DNA of 64,000 nucleotides from Nitrospirota bacterium (GTDB lineage Bacteria; Nitrospirota; Nitrospiria; Nitrospirales; Nitrospiraceae), in NCBI GenBank assembly GCA_963701855.1, contig CAVPBK010000006.1, forward strand, positions 1,536,001-1,600,000, in the 5' to 3' direction. Within the stretch, counting starts at the first letter, position 1; each line of letters starts with the position of its first letter. The notes below the pieces were generated by a model. The model saw only the letters and a program-made list of their open reading frames with translations, was not told the DNA's origin and did no database searches. Shown piece by piece: positions 1 to 11,118 of the stretch. A program made the translations under genes and the position numbers.

Positions 1-370
1 AAAACGGAAACCGTGCTCTCAGAGGAAGACGAGATTGAAAAGAAGAAAGGAAAAAGGGGCGTGGAACTCTGGAGACCCATAAAAAAACTCCTACCAGATT
101 GCATCAGGTAGGAGTCATCAGCCCCGGCGACGCCAGGGCGGTTCTTGGTGGAACCCCATCACCAATCACATATGTTGTATAAAAATTTTACCGGCAGCAA
201 ATCGGAAAGTCAAGATGAGCTGACGTCGGCGAGAGATCCCTTGAATTATTTTTTCCTGTGAGAATCGTCTGACAATGTCGTTGGGACCGGCACACTCAAC
301 CATTTGTTGAGTGTGCGGGCGTATTTCGAGGAGCGCCGACTCTTCCAAGCGGTCTAATCGTGTTTGGGGC

Positions 371-836
371 TATTTGCACTCGTCCGGATTCGTTTCGCAG
401 ATGACGATCCGATGCTGGTTCGACAGAATGTCAGCCTTCGCCTTCACCTCATTCGATTTCGCGGTGATGGTTGCGGCTTCAGCGCCGGCTGCCGCGGTCA
501 GCGCATTGCCTAACCCCGTCCCTCCGCTAGTCATTCCATAACTCACACTATCAATAAAGCCAGAGTTGGTTAATGCAATGGTGAAGGTCTGTTTCCCAAA
601 GAGGCGGGCCTTTAAGATGGGCTACTCATATGTCTCTGAGTTGGAACAAGTATCGGATCCTCGGATGGAATCCGCTTATCCCCGACCATGAACAGGAACT
701 CGACTGACCTCATCTTTTGCAACGTCAGAGCCACACTGCTGCAAGGCTTCTCCGCCATGTCAGCTCTAATCGGAAGCGCGATTTCCAATCCGTCGTCCGT
801 GCGAAGATATTTGTTTTTGAGTGTGCTGCCCTCCAC
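371..836 (-). pseudogene. Degraded hypothetical gene (ORF 612-836 continues in another frame to a stop near 371)
   Basis: After the 836-612 ORF, an alternative frame reads PILKARLFGKQTFTIAL...HRIVICETNPDECK*, which looks protein-like; no family recognised. Confidence 0.3.
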
Positions 837-1047
837 TTTGTTTCTGGACAGTGTTTGTGGTCATTGCTGAGTATCAGGCCTCTTGGAGTCTCCACTTCTC
901 AAATGACAACTGGGAGCTCTCGCTCGTTATTCTAGTGAAAGATCCTCGCTGTCTTCTCCTGCGATGGCATTTCAATAAATTCAGTCGATTCCGGAATCCA
1001 GCTCACTAAAAAAACAACCTGTCAGCATTTTAAGCGGAACAGGACAT

Positions 1048-1533
1048 TCACTGAAGCCCACGTTCAACCAACCGGGTTTCCACCTCCAGATGTTTACTTT
1101 CTAAGTGTTGTCGTTCTTGACGCAGTTCCTCTATGGCATTCACATAGAATATCCAGTGTCGGCGCCATTGCCCTCGTAGCTGTTCTTTTTCTCCTTGGTT
1201 CTTGTAAGCCCGCTGAAGGATGTCGCGGGCTAAAACAAGATGATCGCGCTGTAATATCCATTGCTGCTGATGCAGCTGCCATCCGGAGAGATCCAGAGCT
1301 TGCAATTCTCGCATCACGGGGTCCGTTCCCGCCGATGCCTGCTGCACATCATTCATGCGCCTCGACAACGCATTGATGTTGACGTTCAGTTGCGCAATGC
1401 CTTTGCTCAACAGGCCAATGACCGGATCGCCAGAAGAGACAGGCTCACGATCAATCTGGCTGGGGCCGACACAGGCCATGACACTCATCACAAGCACACA
1501 TCCGGCGAGCATCCACCATCTTCGTATCATCAT
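1048..1533 (-). CDS. Hypothetical lipoprotein, coiled-coil
   Basis: Signal with lipobox-like VMAC; GGAGG RBS upstream. Confidence 0.7.
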   Translation of the reverse strand: MMIRRWWMLAGCVLVMSVMACVGPSQIDREPVSSGDPVIGLLSKGIAQLNVNINALSRRMNDVQQASAGTDPVMRELQALDLSGWQLHQQQWILQRDHLVLARDILQRAYKNQGEKEQLRGQWRRHWIFYVNAIEELRQERQHLESKHLEVETRLVERGLQ

Positions 1534-1761
1534 ACACCCTCCCTCTTGTGAGAATCCGACAACCTCGATTCATTCCGAACTTCTTAGCTGATGAGGAGCT
1601 TCATCGTCGGCAACCGGCACGGCATGTGCTTGCACTGGATCCAGGATCTGTACGTCGGCGGTGTGACCCCGCTCAGCCTACCTGTCGAATGAAGAGCCGT
1701 AGAAACCCGTCGCTGTTTCATGGTCATGGCTCACCCCATCTGCTCAAGACCCTCGGTGCGT

Positions 1762-2295
1762 CTATTTCTGGTTCACGTAGCGAATGGCTGTACCAGATAA
1801 ATATTGCGTCCATTCAGTCTCGTCCGCTGTACTTTGCACAAAACTCCAGGGATCGTAATAATTCCACCAGCCCCCTCCGTAGAGGCCAACATTACTCGAC
1901 CCCGGACCCATGGTGGATTCATAGAGATGACTCGGCCCCATTGACTCCAACACATCAGATTTTCCCAGCACCACCGCGTCAGCTCCCATCTTGCTCGCAC
2001 GAGCCAAAATTTTGTCGCGTAGCCGGTCTTCATCCGCATTCTGACTCGTCGCAATGATCCGGGCCAGCTCGACATAGGGAGCGTTGGGCTCAGTCTCCAG
2101 CCATTGGACGGGTTCGCCACTTACGCGAGGCGGATAGGACTCATGGGTCAACGGTTCGACACGCACCGACACGCATGCTGTCAGCAGCAGAAAAGTAAGC
2201 AGGATCAATCCATACCGTGCGGCACGGAGGAGCCGCCTCCCGTATGATCTGACAAGACAATGTGATGCTGCGCTGCTGTACCGCTGATTCATCAT
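1762..2295 (-). CDS. Lipoprotein with GADAVV (YbjQ/heavy-metal-binding-like) fold motif
   Basis: LLTAC lipobox; ASKMGADAVV and YYDPW motifs; paralogous to 2852-3478; start uncertain. Confidence 0.65.
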   Translation of the reverse strand: MMNQRYSSAASHCLVRSYGRRLLRAARYGLILLTFLLLTACVSVRVEPLTHESYPPRVSGEPVQWLETEPNAPYVELARIIATSQNADEDRLRDKILARASKMGADAVVLGKSDVLESMGPSHLYESTMGPGSSNVGLYGGGWWNYYDPWSFVQSTADETEWTQYLSGTAIRYVNQK

Positions 2296-2314
2296 GAGCA
2301 TCCCAGCATGAGCC

Positions 2315-2660
2315 CTAATCGTACCCCACACGCGGGCCGGCCTTGAGGATTCCCATTGCATCAGCAAAGAAGAAGAGCCGACAATCGATCCCTTCGGAGA
2401 GCGGAAGCGTGGCATAGATCTCCGCTTGACCCGGTGGGCTTGGCAGCGTCATATCCCAGACCAGCTCCTCCATGCGGTCCTGCGCTTCTTTATGAAACTG
2501 GGGAAGGCCGAGTTCGTAGTACAGATCAACGTTCTGCTGGCCGATCCAGCCGTGATGACGTCATCCCACGTATGATGGACTCCGTCCGGCACAGGCTCCT
2601 TGTCCGTACGCAGCCTCCGCTCACCAGATGCAAGGAAAAGCAAACCACGAGTTGCAACAT
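2315..2660 (-). pseudogene. Frameshifted lipoprotein remnant
   Basis: Joined frames read ...SGGCVRT/KEPVPDGVHHTWDDVI/WIGQQNVDLYYELG...GIDCRLFFFADAMGILKAGPRVGYD*. Confidence 0.4.
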
Positions 2661-2851
2661 TCTCCGTATGGGCGGGGCTTTAGCAAACTTTTCCGGTCAC
2701 TACGGACGCGACATACCCACGACTCCGTGCATTCCCTTTCGCATTCTACGAACTTGCTGTCTGACCGATGCACCAGTTTGAGGGAACTGCCGACTTCACT
2801 CAACCTCCGAAGCCCCGCGGAGTGCTTCTCCCCTTAGAAATCTTTGTTTCT

Positions 2852-3478
2852 CTACGGGCTCGCTGGATCCTCTGTCTGGCGAAACTTTGATGATGGCCGT
2901 TCTCTCCGTGACCATGCTTTGCCTAACTCCGTGCGATCGCCAAGATCTGTCGCTTCCGTATACCGGATGGCTGTTCCCATGAGCATTCTCGTGACCACAT
3001 CGTACGGAACCGCGACACTGCCGGAGTAGCTTCCACCCCACAGGCCCCACGATCCATAGGGACCACCGTATGCTCCATATCCACCATACCCCCACGGAGT
3101 TCCATAGTACGGGCTGTTGTACCCCCACGGATCATACAGCGGTTCATACACGACCTCGTGTTGAGTCTGGGTTTGCGGTTTGGCAAAGATGACCGCATCG
3201 GCTCCAAGAGCTGCCGCCTGGTTCAGGATCTTGCGCTGCAGACTGCCGAAGCTGAGCCAACTATCGCCGATCCGTAGTTCCGCGAGTTCTCGATGAGGTC
3301 GGGTCGGTGTCTCTTCCAGCACGGCGACCTCGTCCGCAGACTCCTTGGGCGGAAATGTGTCGCTGGTCAGCAGGATGGTGTCCACGCTTGTGCATCCGAA
3401 GATGAGCAGGCACAGGGCAAGGATCCCCAGAGCCAAGAAGAATCGCTCCCCGCGAGGCTGCTTCAGACCCTGATACAT
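2852..3478 (-). CDS. Lipoprotein with GADAVI motif and Gly/Tyr-rich insert
   Basis: IFGC lipobox; AAALGADAVI, LYDPW, GTAIRY shared with 1762-2295. Confidence 0.7.
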   Translation of the reverse strand: MYQGLKQPRGERFFLALGILALCLLIFGCTSVDTILLTSDTFPPKESADEVAVLEETPTRPHRELAELRIGDSWLSFGSLQRKILNQAAALGADAVIFAKPQTQTQHEVVYEPLYDPWGYNSPYYGTPWGYGGYGAYGGPYGSWGLWGGSYSGSVAVPYDVVTRMLMGTAIRYTEATDLGDRTELGKAWSRRERPSSKFRQTEDPASP

Positions 3479-3542
3479 ACGGGACTCACCGGCTCCTCAC
3501 CATGGTATTCTCACCTGGTGCCGCTACCCTACATCAATAGTG

Positions 3543-3680
3543 TGTTGAATGCGTTCAGAGCCGCCACCTTAGTAACCCTGGGCCAGGGTCCGATAGTTGA
3601 ACACTGTGTCCGGCAAATAGTCGAGGCTGTCATTGAGAGCCAGCACAACCTGACCGATGTGAATCAGCTCGGTTTGTCCG
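3543..3680 (-). pseudogene. sthA: C-terminal fragment of soluble pyridine nucleotide transhydrogenase (SthA-like)
   Basis: Reads TELIHIGQVVLALNDSLDYLPDTVFNYRTLAQGY/KVAALNAFN with a 1-nt frameshift; matches the SthA C-terminal pattern ELIHIGQ...FNYPTLAE.YKVAALNG.N. Confidence 0.65.
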
Positions 3681-3978
3681 CTCTCTATTTGCAGGGCGAG
3701 CGCGTGCCCACGCCGACTGACCTGCACGCACACAACCCGGCGGTTCTCCTAGCTTGTTCGACTTGTCCTCCAGGCGGACGTCGGAAGGCCCAAAGCTAAC
3801 GCCTGAGCGCGATCATGAAGACATGCGCCACGATTGAGCAGGATTCTCGCGGCTAGAGGGATCAGACAATGATCTAGACTATGGAAGCCCCGTCATCACA
3901 ATGGTACCGACCGCGATGATGCTCGCGGACACTATCAGGGCATCAAAGACCGCACGCATATCCCTCATGATAGTCACC

Positions 3979-4347
3979 TCATAGCCGTTCCATTTGGGGA
4001 GTCAGTTCTGACTCCTCTCTCCGCCATTTGTGCAGACAGGTCGGATTCACACAGGCCCACATTCGCAATTGCGGTATTGTCATTTTGCGGACGGAGAGCG
4101 TCCAGCTCATAAATGGTGTGGCATTCTGGCTCTGACATTTTGGGCAGGGCATCCCTCTCTCTCGCATACACTCCGAGAGAGCCGAGCTAGGAAAAGGCCC
4201 AGCAGGAGGTTGGGTGTTCTGCTGAAGGTCTGTCAACTGCTCCATGCCGCGATCATTCTCGTCCATGATGGGCTGCCCTCCAGATCGGTCATCGGTGCCT
4301 GATGATGAAACCAGCCCAGCCCTCTCAATCCGTCCTCTTGAATACAC
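3979..4347 (-). CDS. Small Zn-ribbon-like hypothetical protein (true start may be downstream)
   Basis: CPKC...CVNPTC cysteine pairs. Confidence 0.4.
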   Translation of the reverse strand: MYSRGRIERAGLVSSSGTDDRSGGQPIMDENDRGMEQLTDLQQNTQPPAGPFPSSALSECMRERGMPCPKCQSQNATPFMSWTLSVRKMTIPQLRMWACVNPTCLHKWRREESELTPQMERL

Positions 4348-4468
4348 TTCCCGAACTGCTCCGGCCCCCTACTCTGCCCCTGCGTGTGACGGGCTCTCCG
4401 ATGGTGCAGATGGCCTGGTGGAGGTGTGGTGGTAATATCAGTTCACCTGCATCTTGACGGATCGCTTC

Positions 4469-4696
4469 TCAAGTGACCTCCGCACAATGGATATGCTGTA
4501 ATAATGTTCGCGAGCCTAATGAGATTATGGGTTTCGGAGGGACAATCGAGTCACCGCAGGCAATGCAGTAAAAGTTACCCGTGAAACCGCCGAAGCCACT
4601 AGGCTCCAATTTCAGTTTGAGATGCTCACAGGGTGCTGGATTCTCTCGCTGTTCCCACTTCACTTGTACTTTAGCCATTTGCGCGTGTGCCATCAC
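4469..4696 (-). CDS. Small Cys/His hypothetical protein
   Basis: GGAGG RBS; CEH...YCIACG motif. Confidence 0.55.
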   Translation of the reverse strand: MMAHAQMAKVQVKWEQRENPAPCEHLKLKLEPSGFGGFTGNFYCIACGDSIVPPKPIISLGSRTLLQHIHCAEVT

Positions 4697-5383
4697 GTCC
4701 TCCTCCCAGTGTCCGATTACTTGCTATTGAGCAAATTATTGGAGACGGGGAAACGTACTATCCGGTGAATTCCCGTATTTGAGGAGGGGAACACCTGTAA
4801 GGATCAAAGCAGCGCCGACCGCTCCACAGCGTTTCAATAATCGCTGCTTCTCTGGACAGCATGGTGTCAGACCCCCGGTTGAGGTGAGGTGCTATCGCGG
4901 GTGATTGTATAATGCACTGAACGCGCCCTGTGGGAAATAAGAACTGCGCTCGTTTTGGGGTAAGACCTGTCCTACGAAACCCGCGAAGCAACGGGCCGGA
5001 TCTATTCCGGCGAAAGCAGAGCCGTATACTAAGGTTGTGGGAGGCGGTAGGCGCGCGTCAGCGAGCAAGCGCGTCACTGCAGGCAGTGCAGCGATCGCTG
5101 CCCGTCACATAGCCATCTTCGTTCCGTTCGCGAACTTTCATAAGGGCAGGGAAGGGCTGCGCACACTCATTCGTCCTAAGATCGGCCGCGGCATACGCGA
5201 GCTACGTGCGCCTGACTGATCGAAAGGAAACGAAAAGATGGCGGACCAACTACTGCAAGCACAGCAATGATCGGTACAACGGTTCAGAATGTCATTAAAA
5301 GTGTTGGTAATGAGTTGGCAGGAGTATTGCCTTGATTCAGGAGATCAGACAGCCTGCATAGGGGCGGACAGGGAGTACTCTAC

Positions 5384-6799
5384 ATGCAACGAGAGAAGAC
5401 AGCTCCTGTGCTTTGGCCAAGAGGCATGCAGGTACAAGCCATCCTTGTGCTCGTACTGTTTCTTGGTTCACTGGCCATCTTGCTGTTTAACGCGTTCACC
5501 ACGGGGTTGTTACCAGAGCGAGAACTTCTGGCGCGCACCACCGCCCGCGAGGCCAGTCATAGAATGGCCGAGTCCTCGAACCGTATTATCATGTCCCTCT
5601 CCAGCGACAAGGCCGACCACCTTGAGAAATTAGATGCTACTCTGCGCGAGATTACCACGCGTGTACTGGCAGATTTCCCTGGTGTGGAAGGAGGCTTCTA
5701 CCTGGCTGGTACGATTGACCGATTCAGCGGATATGCGACCGGCCTACCAAGCCCCCACCCAGGGCCGCCACGGAACGAGCCACCGCCACTGGAGGCGCCA
5801 TATATTCAACTCCAAGCTCGGCAAAGCCTGTTGGAAGAATCGGGACAGCCTCTCTTTAGTGTTCGCGATGTTGGGCCGAGCCGGGTGCTGGTTGTCACCG
5901 AACCGGTCGGTCTAGATCGCCCCGCTCGGGCGACGACCTGGGCTATGTTTCGTTTAACGGGTCCTGAGCAGTTACACTCTGAGGTCAGACGCTATCAGAT
6001 GTCCTTGACGTTGGCGCTCATTGGCATGATGTTGTCCATCGCTCTGATGGTGGCACTGATGCGATCGTTAAAGCGGCAATGGTTTGCGCAGGAAGGTTTG
6101 CGCACCGAACTTCGTCGCTCGGAGCAACTGGCGGCGCTTGGGAAATTAGTGGCCGGCGTCGCTCACGAGATCCGGAATCCATTAGCTGGCATTCGTTCCA
6201 CTATTCAGCTTTGGGACCGGATGCCTGAAACCGCGAGAACCAAGGAGTCTATGGAAGCTGTGATCCAGGCTGTCGATCGTCTGAACAATATCCTCAGCCG
6301 GCTGTTGTATTTTGCACGAGCCGGTCGTGCCGAACGGCAACCCGTTGATGTGAACCAGATTCTCACGACAACCTTTACGTTGCTAGAGGCCCAAGCGAAG
6401 GATCAGGGCGTCACCCTCGAACTTGATGTGCAGTCGGCGCTCCCCGCTGTGTTCGGATCTGTGGAGGCCCTCAGACAAGTGTTTCTCAACTTGGCGACCA
6501 ATGGGCTACAGGCTATGCCGAAAGGGGGCTGTCTGCGAGGTCGTAGTCGTTTACTTCCACAAGACCAGGAGATCGAAGTTCGCATGGCCGACACCGGGCC
6601 CGGAGTATCAGCTGAAGATCAAAAGCATCTCTTCGAGCCGTTCTTCACCACACGTCCGGAAGGCACAGGGTTGGGGCTGGCGCTGTGTCGGGAAATTATC
6701 GAACAGCACGATGGGCGAATCGATCTGATCACGGAGGACGGTTTCGGCGCCACCTTTCGCGTGGTGTTGCCGATCGCAGAGCGGGGGGATGGACGATGA
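5384..6799 (+). CDS. Membrane sensor histidine kinase (NtrB/AtoS-like)
   Basis: Two TM segments; H-box VAHEIRNPL; N, G1 (DTGPG), F (FEPFFTT) and G2 (GTGLGL) boxes. Confidence 0.95.
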   Translation: MQREKTAPVLWPRGMQVQAILVLVLFLGSLAILLFNAFTTGLLPERELLARTTAREASHRMAESSNRIIMSLSSDKADHLEKLDATLREITTRVLADFPGVEGGFYLAGTIDRFSGYATGLPSPHPGPPRNEPPPLEAPYIQLQARQSLLEESGQPLFSVRDVGPSRVLVVTEPVGLDRPARATTWAMFRLTGPEQLHSEVRRYQMSLTLALIGMMLSIALMVALMRSLKRQWFAQEGLRTELRRSEQLAALGKLVAGVAHEIRNPLAGIRSTIQLWDRMPETARTKESMEAVIQAVDRLNNILSRLLYFARAGRAERQPVDVNQILTTTFTLLEAQAKDQGVTLELDVQSALPAVFGSVEALRQVFLNLATNGLQAMPKGGCLRGRSRLLPQDQEIEVRMADTGPGVSAEDQKHLFEPFFTTRPEGTGLGLALCREIIEQHDGRIDLITEDGFGATFRVVLPIAERGDGR

Positions 6800-8184
6800 C
6801 TGAAGGACAACGACGAACGACCATTCTGATCGCGGACGATGAGGCCACGATCCGTGCGAATCTCCGCCTCTTGTTAGAATCGGAAGGCTATCATGTCGTT
6901 GAGGCAGCCGATGGCATTCAGGCATCACGAGTGCTTGAGGAGCAGACCGTGGCGTTGGCATTGCTCGACCTCAAAATGCCAGGCCGTTCGGGGCTGGACA
7001 TCTTGCGTGATCATCAGGATCAGTTGGAGCACATGCCCGTGATTGTCATCACGGCGATGGGGGGAAGCAGCGCTCCTATTGAAGCGATGAGGCTTGGCGC
7101 CTACGACTACATCACCAAACCCTTCGATCTTGACGAGGTGCTGTTTACCGTCAAGCGAGCCCTGACGCAATCGGCTCTCGTCGCCCAAGTGCAGGCACTG
7201 AGTGCGGAAAGTGACGGAGCGGCTAAGGATGTGCCTGAGGAAGAACTGGTAGGGCGAACTTCGGCGATGCTTGAGATATTCAAGACCATCGGGAGAGTCG
7301 CATCGACACAGGAGCCAGTTCTGATTCTTGGAGAAAGCGGCACAGGCAAAGAACTCGTGGCCAATGCCCTCCACCGGAATTCGAGCCGAGCGGATCGGCC
7401 ATTCATCAAGGTCAACTGTGCGGCGCTCAGCCCAACCCTTCTTGAAAGCGAACTCTTTGGTCATGAACGCGGGGCGTTTACAGGAGCGGTTGGCTCACGG
7501 ACTGGCCGGTTTGAGCAGGCGAACCGCGGCACGCTCTTTCTCGATGAGATCGGTGAACTGAACATCGAATTGCAGGCAAAACTGCTGCGTGTGCTTCAAT
7601 TCAGTCAGTTCGAGCGAGTTGGCGGCAACAACACCCTCCAAGTTGATGTGCGGATCGTCGCAGCCACGAACAAAGACCTGGGGGACATGGTCACGCAACA
7701 GCGATTTCGGCAAGATCTGTACTACCGCCTGAATGTTGTCAGCATCGAGTTACCTCCGCTTCGCGCGCGACGCGACGACATCCCGCTTCTCGTCGAACAC
7801 ACCGTTCACCGTTTGGCTCGTAAATATCAATGGCCACAGTTGGCGGTTTCGCCCGAGGCGCTCCGGTTTCTCTGCGATCAACCGTGGCCGGGCAACATTC
7901 GCGAGATGCACAATGTCCTGGCCCGCGCTGCTATCCTTTCGCGGGGTCGGATCATCCTGCCGGAAGACCTGTCCGCCACGGGATTACTCAATCCGAGCTC
8001 CTCATCTGGTCCTGCTTCTGACCTCTCTCTGTCTCTCAAGGAAATTCTTGCAGAAACGGAGCGGCGTGTCATTCAACACGCGCTAGAACAAGTGGCGTGG
8101 AATCGCACAAAGGCGTCCCGTCTTTTGGGGATCAGTCGGCGGCAGCTCTTCGACAAGATCCTACAGTACGGACTCACGCACTAA
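6796..8184 (+). CDS. Sigma-54-dependent response regulator (NtrC/AtoC family)
   Basis: REC domain, Walker [22 protein letters not shown], Fis HTH; ATGA overlap with the kinase. Confidence 0.95.
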   Translation: MTEGQRRTTILIADDEATIRANLRLLLESEGYHVVEAADGIQASRVLEEQTVALALLDLKMPGRSGLDILRDHQDQLEHMPVIVITAMGGSSAPIEAMRLGAYDYITKPFDLDEVLFTVKRALTQSALVAQVQALSAESDGAAKDVPEEELVGRTSAMLEIFKTIGRVASTQEPVLILGESGTGKELVANALHRNSSRADRPFIKVNCAALSPTLLESELFGHERGAFTGAVGSRTGRFEQANRGTLFLDEIGELNIELQAKLLRVLQFSQFERVGGNNTLQVDVRIVAATNKDLGDMVTQQRFRQDLYYRLNVVSIELPPLRARRDDIPLLVEHTVHRLARKYQWPQLAVSPEALRFLCDQPWPGNIREMHNVLARAAILSRGRIILPEDLSATGLLNPSSSSGPASDLSLSLKEILAETERRVIQHALEQVAWNRTKASRLLGISRRQLFDKILQYGLTH

Positions 8185-8416
8185 CCTTTGGGCAGAGGTC
8201 CCTCGTCTATGGGGGAATCCTGCTCAATTCCGCGTCCTTATCCCACACATCCTGATAGATATTATTTCTGGATACTCTCATTCCTTCTGTAGAACCCCAG
8301 TATCCCTCGGTTCTGTCGAGTCCTATTGAGATCAATGGCTTTCATGATTATGCGGATGCGTTCATCCAAGTTGCTTGGGAGGGATTTCCCTTCGAGCGCG
8401 TCTTTCTCCTGCCTGC

Positions 8417-8432
8417 TGGTCCGTGACTTGCT
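8417..8432 (+). promoter_or_regulatory. Putative sigma-54 -24/-12 promoter
   Basis: TGGTCCGTGACTTGCT: GG-N10-GC, ~95 bp before 8527 and directly after a sigma-54 activator. Confidence 0.6.
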
Positions 8433-8526
8433 CAATCCATTTTTAGAGATGGCTCAACGCTGGATTTTTTGAGGGCATTGGGTTTTTCTTTAGAGGCTCA
8501 CCACATTCTAAATAGGAGGTAATTCC

Positions 8527-9267
8527 ATGAGACACATCACACAGAGCGCCAAGCTGACTGTTCCACTCCTTGTTGCGGCAGCGGCGTTGTCCTTCGCCGT
8601 TGTACAGGCACAGCCGACCCCACCATCGCCTCCGGCTCAGGCTCCCGCTCCATCGGCTGGGGCAACCAGTCCGTCTTCCGGATTCGGTCAGTCCAACTCC
8701 CTCATTCAGGGCAAGGTGACTCAGTACCTGATGAATCCACACGGGGAGGTGGATGGGCTGCTTCTCAGCGATGGAACCCAGGTGCATTTCCCGCCGCACA
8801 TGGCGAAAGATCTGGTGGGTACGGTCAAACCTGAAGATTCGGTGAGCGTTCAGGGATATCGGAACCTCGATGGGCCAGTTGTGAAGGCGTACACCATCAC
8901 AAATACTCAAACCGGCTTATCCATTACCGAACGGGAGCCTGGTCTACTCGACCGCCAGATCATGCCTCCGTCTGTGAGGGATTTGTCCTTGGTCGAACGG
9001 CATGCTGAAGGTATCGTGCGAGTTCTACTCTATGGGCGGAGAGGTGAGGTGAATGGAGTGGTGCTGGAGGATCGGAGCATCGTCCGTGTTCCTCCCCACA
9101 CCGCGTATCAAGTTGCGAGCCTGCTTCAGGTAGGGCAACCCATCAGCGCCGTCGGATACGGCACAGAAAACGAATATGGGCGAGTGATCGAAGCAACGAC
9201 GATCGGCGCCCCAGGTACACCAATGACACCCATTAATAATCCCGGCCCAGGCGGTCGCCGTCGATAG
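8527..9267 (+). CDS. Secreted protein with two repeated beta domains
   Basis: AGGAGG RBS; signal peptide; repeats GEVDGLLLSDGTQVHFPPH / GEVNGVVLEDRSIVRVPPH. Confidence 0.85.
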   Translation: MRHITQSAKLTVPLLVAAAALSFAVVQAQPTPPSPPAQAPAPSAGATSPSSGFGQSNSLIQGKVTQYLMNPHGEVDGLLLSDGTQVHFPPHMAKDLVGTVKPEDSVSVQGYRNLDGPVVKAYTITNTQTGLSITEREPGLLDRQIMPPSVRDLSLVERHAEGIVRVLLYGRRGEVNGVVLEDRSIVRVPPHTAYQVASLLQVGQPISAVGYGTENEYGRVIEATTIGAPGTPMTPINNPGPGGRRR

Positions 9268-9793
9268 CCCAAATCGTGAGGCGCAGACAAGCTGTGGTGA
9301 AGATGCTACGGCTTGTCTGTTGCCTTCATGGAACCGAATGATTCAATAACACGAGCGAGAGTATTGCTATTTTGGCATCATTCCGAAGAGTTTCCTTCTC
9401 ATCACCCACTGTACCCCAGGGTCGCCGATCCTTCACCAGGCAATGCAAGATGTGCTCTAGAGCGTCGTCCTCCTCTTCCTTATCCTATCGGTATCAGCCT
9501 CTCATTCGCGATCAACCGGTGAATGTGACAGACATTGCCACACTCCTCGACGGCATACCCGCTCCTCCGCTGCGAGTTGAGAACAATTCTCCCATGCACG
9601 AGGGCTTTTTGCTCAACTCATCGCACGCACATAAAGATATGACGAGGCATCGTCGTCTCGTTCTTGGTACTCGTTTAACGGATTTTCCGCTAACGCCGAA
9701 CGCACAACATGCTGATCTGATGAGTCTGTTTCGCACCGTCTGCGTTTGTTGGGGGACGTGGGTGTGGAGATGCGAATGTCATAAGCAGACTGC

Positions 9794-10969
9794 ATGCCGC
9801 TGGCACCTCCGTTGCTCATTCATCTGGGCATGGACAGTCGGCTATGCGGCTCACGCGGGAAGCGATCGTTTTTGCGATGGCGGATGTTCGTCGCGCTTGG
9901 AATCATTATTGGAGGAATCTGTACGGAGGTGTGCATGCCCGGTAATGGACGAGCAGAGGAAACAAAGAACGTGTCTCAGTCTACACTCCCAACTCGCTCG
10001 TCTTGGAATCCCTTGACCTGGAGCTGGATACCTTCCGAGGAGGAGATTCTCAAATATCGGCGCAGCTGGAATCCCCTGTCGAATGGTCCTATTTTGCTGA
10101 GCAGCGTGGATATCAACCCGAAAGGCCAATTCCACATGCAGTATTTTGGATTTGGGGAAATTGGGCATCAACAGTTTGGTGACAAATTGACGACGCATCG
10201 GTCCGACTCGCCGTTCCATCTGAATGCGTTTGAACCGTTAATTACCTTGGGATATGGAATTACGGATCACGTAGAATTCGACGCTGCCTTTACGGGGCTG
10301 TATTGGCAAGCAAGCCAGCCTGGCGAAACAGGCGGTCGGCATTCCACATCCAACATCGGCGTAGGGGACACGTCGCTCTATCTCAAATATCGACCGATGG
10401 TACAAGACCCTGATAGTTGGCTCCCTTCAATCACCATCTATAATCAGGTGACGCTTCCCACCAGTAATTACTTTGGTGCAGAGCCGATTCCCGGAGGATT
10501 CTCACCCTTGGGGAAACTGCCTGCCACTCGTTCCGGAGCACTGGCGCTCACCGAGGGCTTGCTGTTTCGAAAAAATCTTAGGCCGTTTCGGATTAGCGGT
10601 GGCGTCTTCTATTCTTATGCGGTACCGGGGAGTAGTGACGGCATGAGCACGTATGGGGGTGACATTGTCAACACCAGACTCATTTTTGAGCACATCCTCG
10701 ATGAGTCGAAAGGATTTGGGTATAACTTAGAGTTCGTCACCATTCATGGTCTACCTTTTAGGATGGACGGCCATGATGTGACCGACAAACCCTCCAACTC
10801 CCTGCTCTTTGGAGTTGAACCAGCGATTCAATATCGATTGGGGGAGCAGTGGGTTGGCGCTGTCGGTGTGCTCTTCACCCTAGCGGGGCAGAACAATATT
10901 GATGCGATCTATCCCAACTTCTCGCTCTATTATTACTGGGACAGCAAGGGCGGCGCGACAATGCGTTAG
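9794..10969 (+). CDS. Putative outer-membrane beta-barrel (MetA-pathway/phenol-degradation-like); start uncertain
   Basis: GVGDTSLYLKYR pattern, alternating beta strands, aromatic C-terminus. Confidence 0.6.
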   Translation: MPLAPPLLIHLGMDSRLCGSRGKRSFLRWRMFVALGIIIGGICTEVCMPGNGRAEETKNVSQSTLPTRSSWNPLTWSWIPSEEEILKYRRSWNPLSNGPILLSSVDINPKGQFHMQYFGFGEIGHQQFGDKLTTHRSDSPFHLNAFEPLITLGYGITDHVEFDAAFTGLYWQASQPGETGGRHSTSNIGVGDTSLYLKYRPMVQDPDSWLPSITIYNQVTLPTSNYFGAEPIPGGFSPLGKLPATRSGALALTEGLLFRKNLRPFRISGGVFYSYAVPGSSDGMSTYGGDIVNTRLIFEHILDESKGFGYNLEFVTIHGLPFRMDGHDVTDKPSNSLLFGVEPAIQYRLGEQWVGAVGVLFTLAGQNNIDAIYPNFSLYYYWDSKGGATMR

Positions 10970-11118
10970 TGCGTCAACCTTTGCCCAAGCTGAGACCAAT
11001 GTTCATGTCCCTGGAGCTTCGCAGTATTGTGGTCATGTACCCCTCATGCAGCGAAATACGCTCCCTGACGACATCTGGCACTCTGACTAACAGCATCACG
11101 CGATCGGGACTCTAAGCT

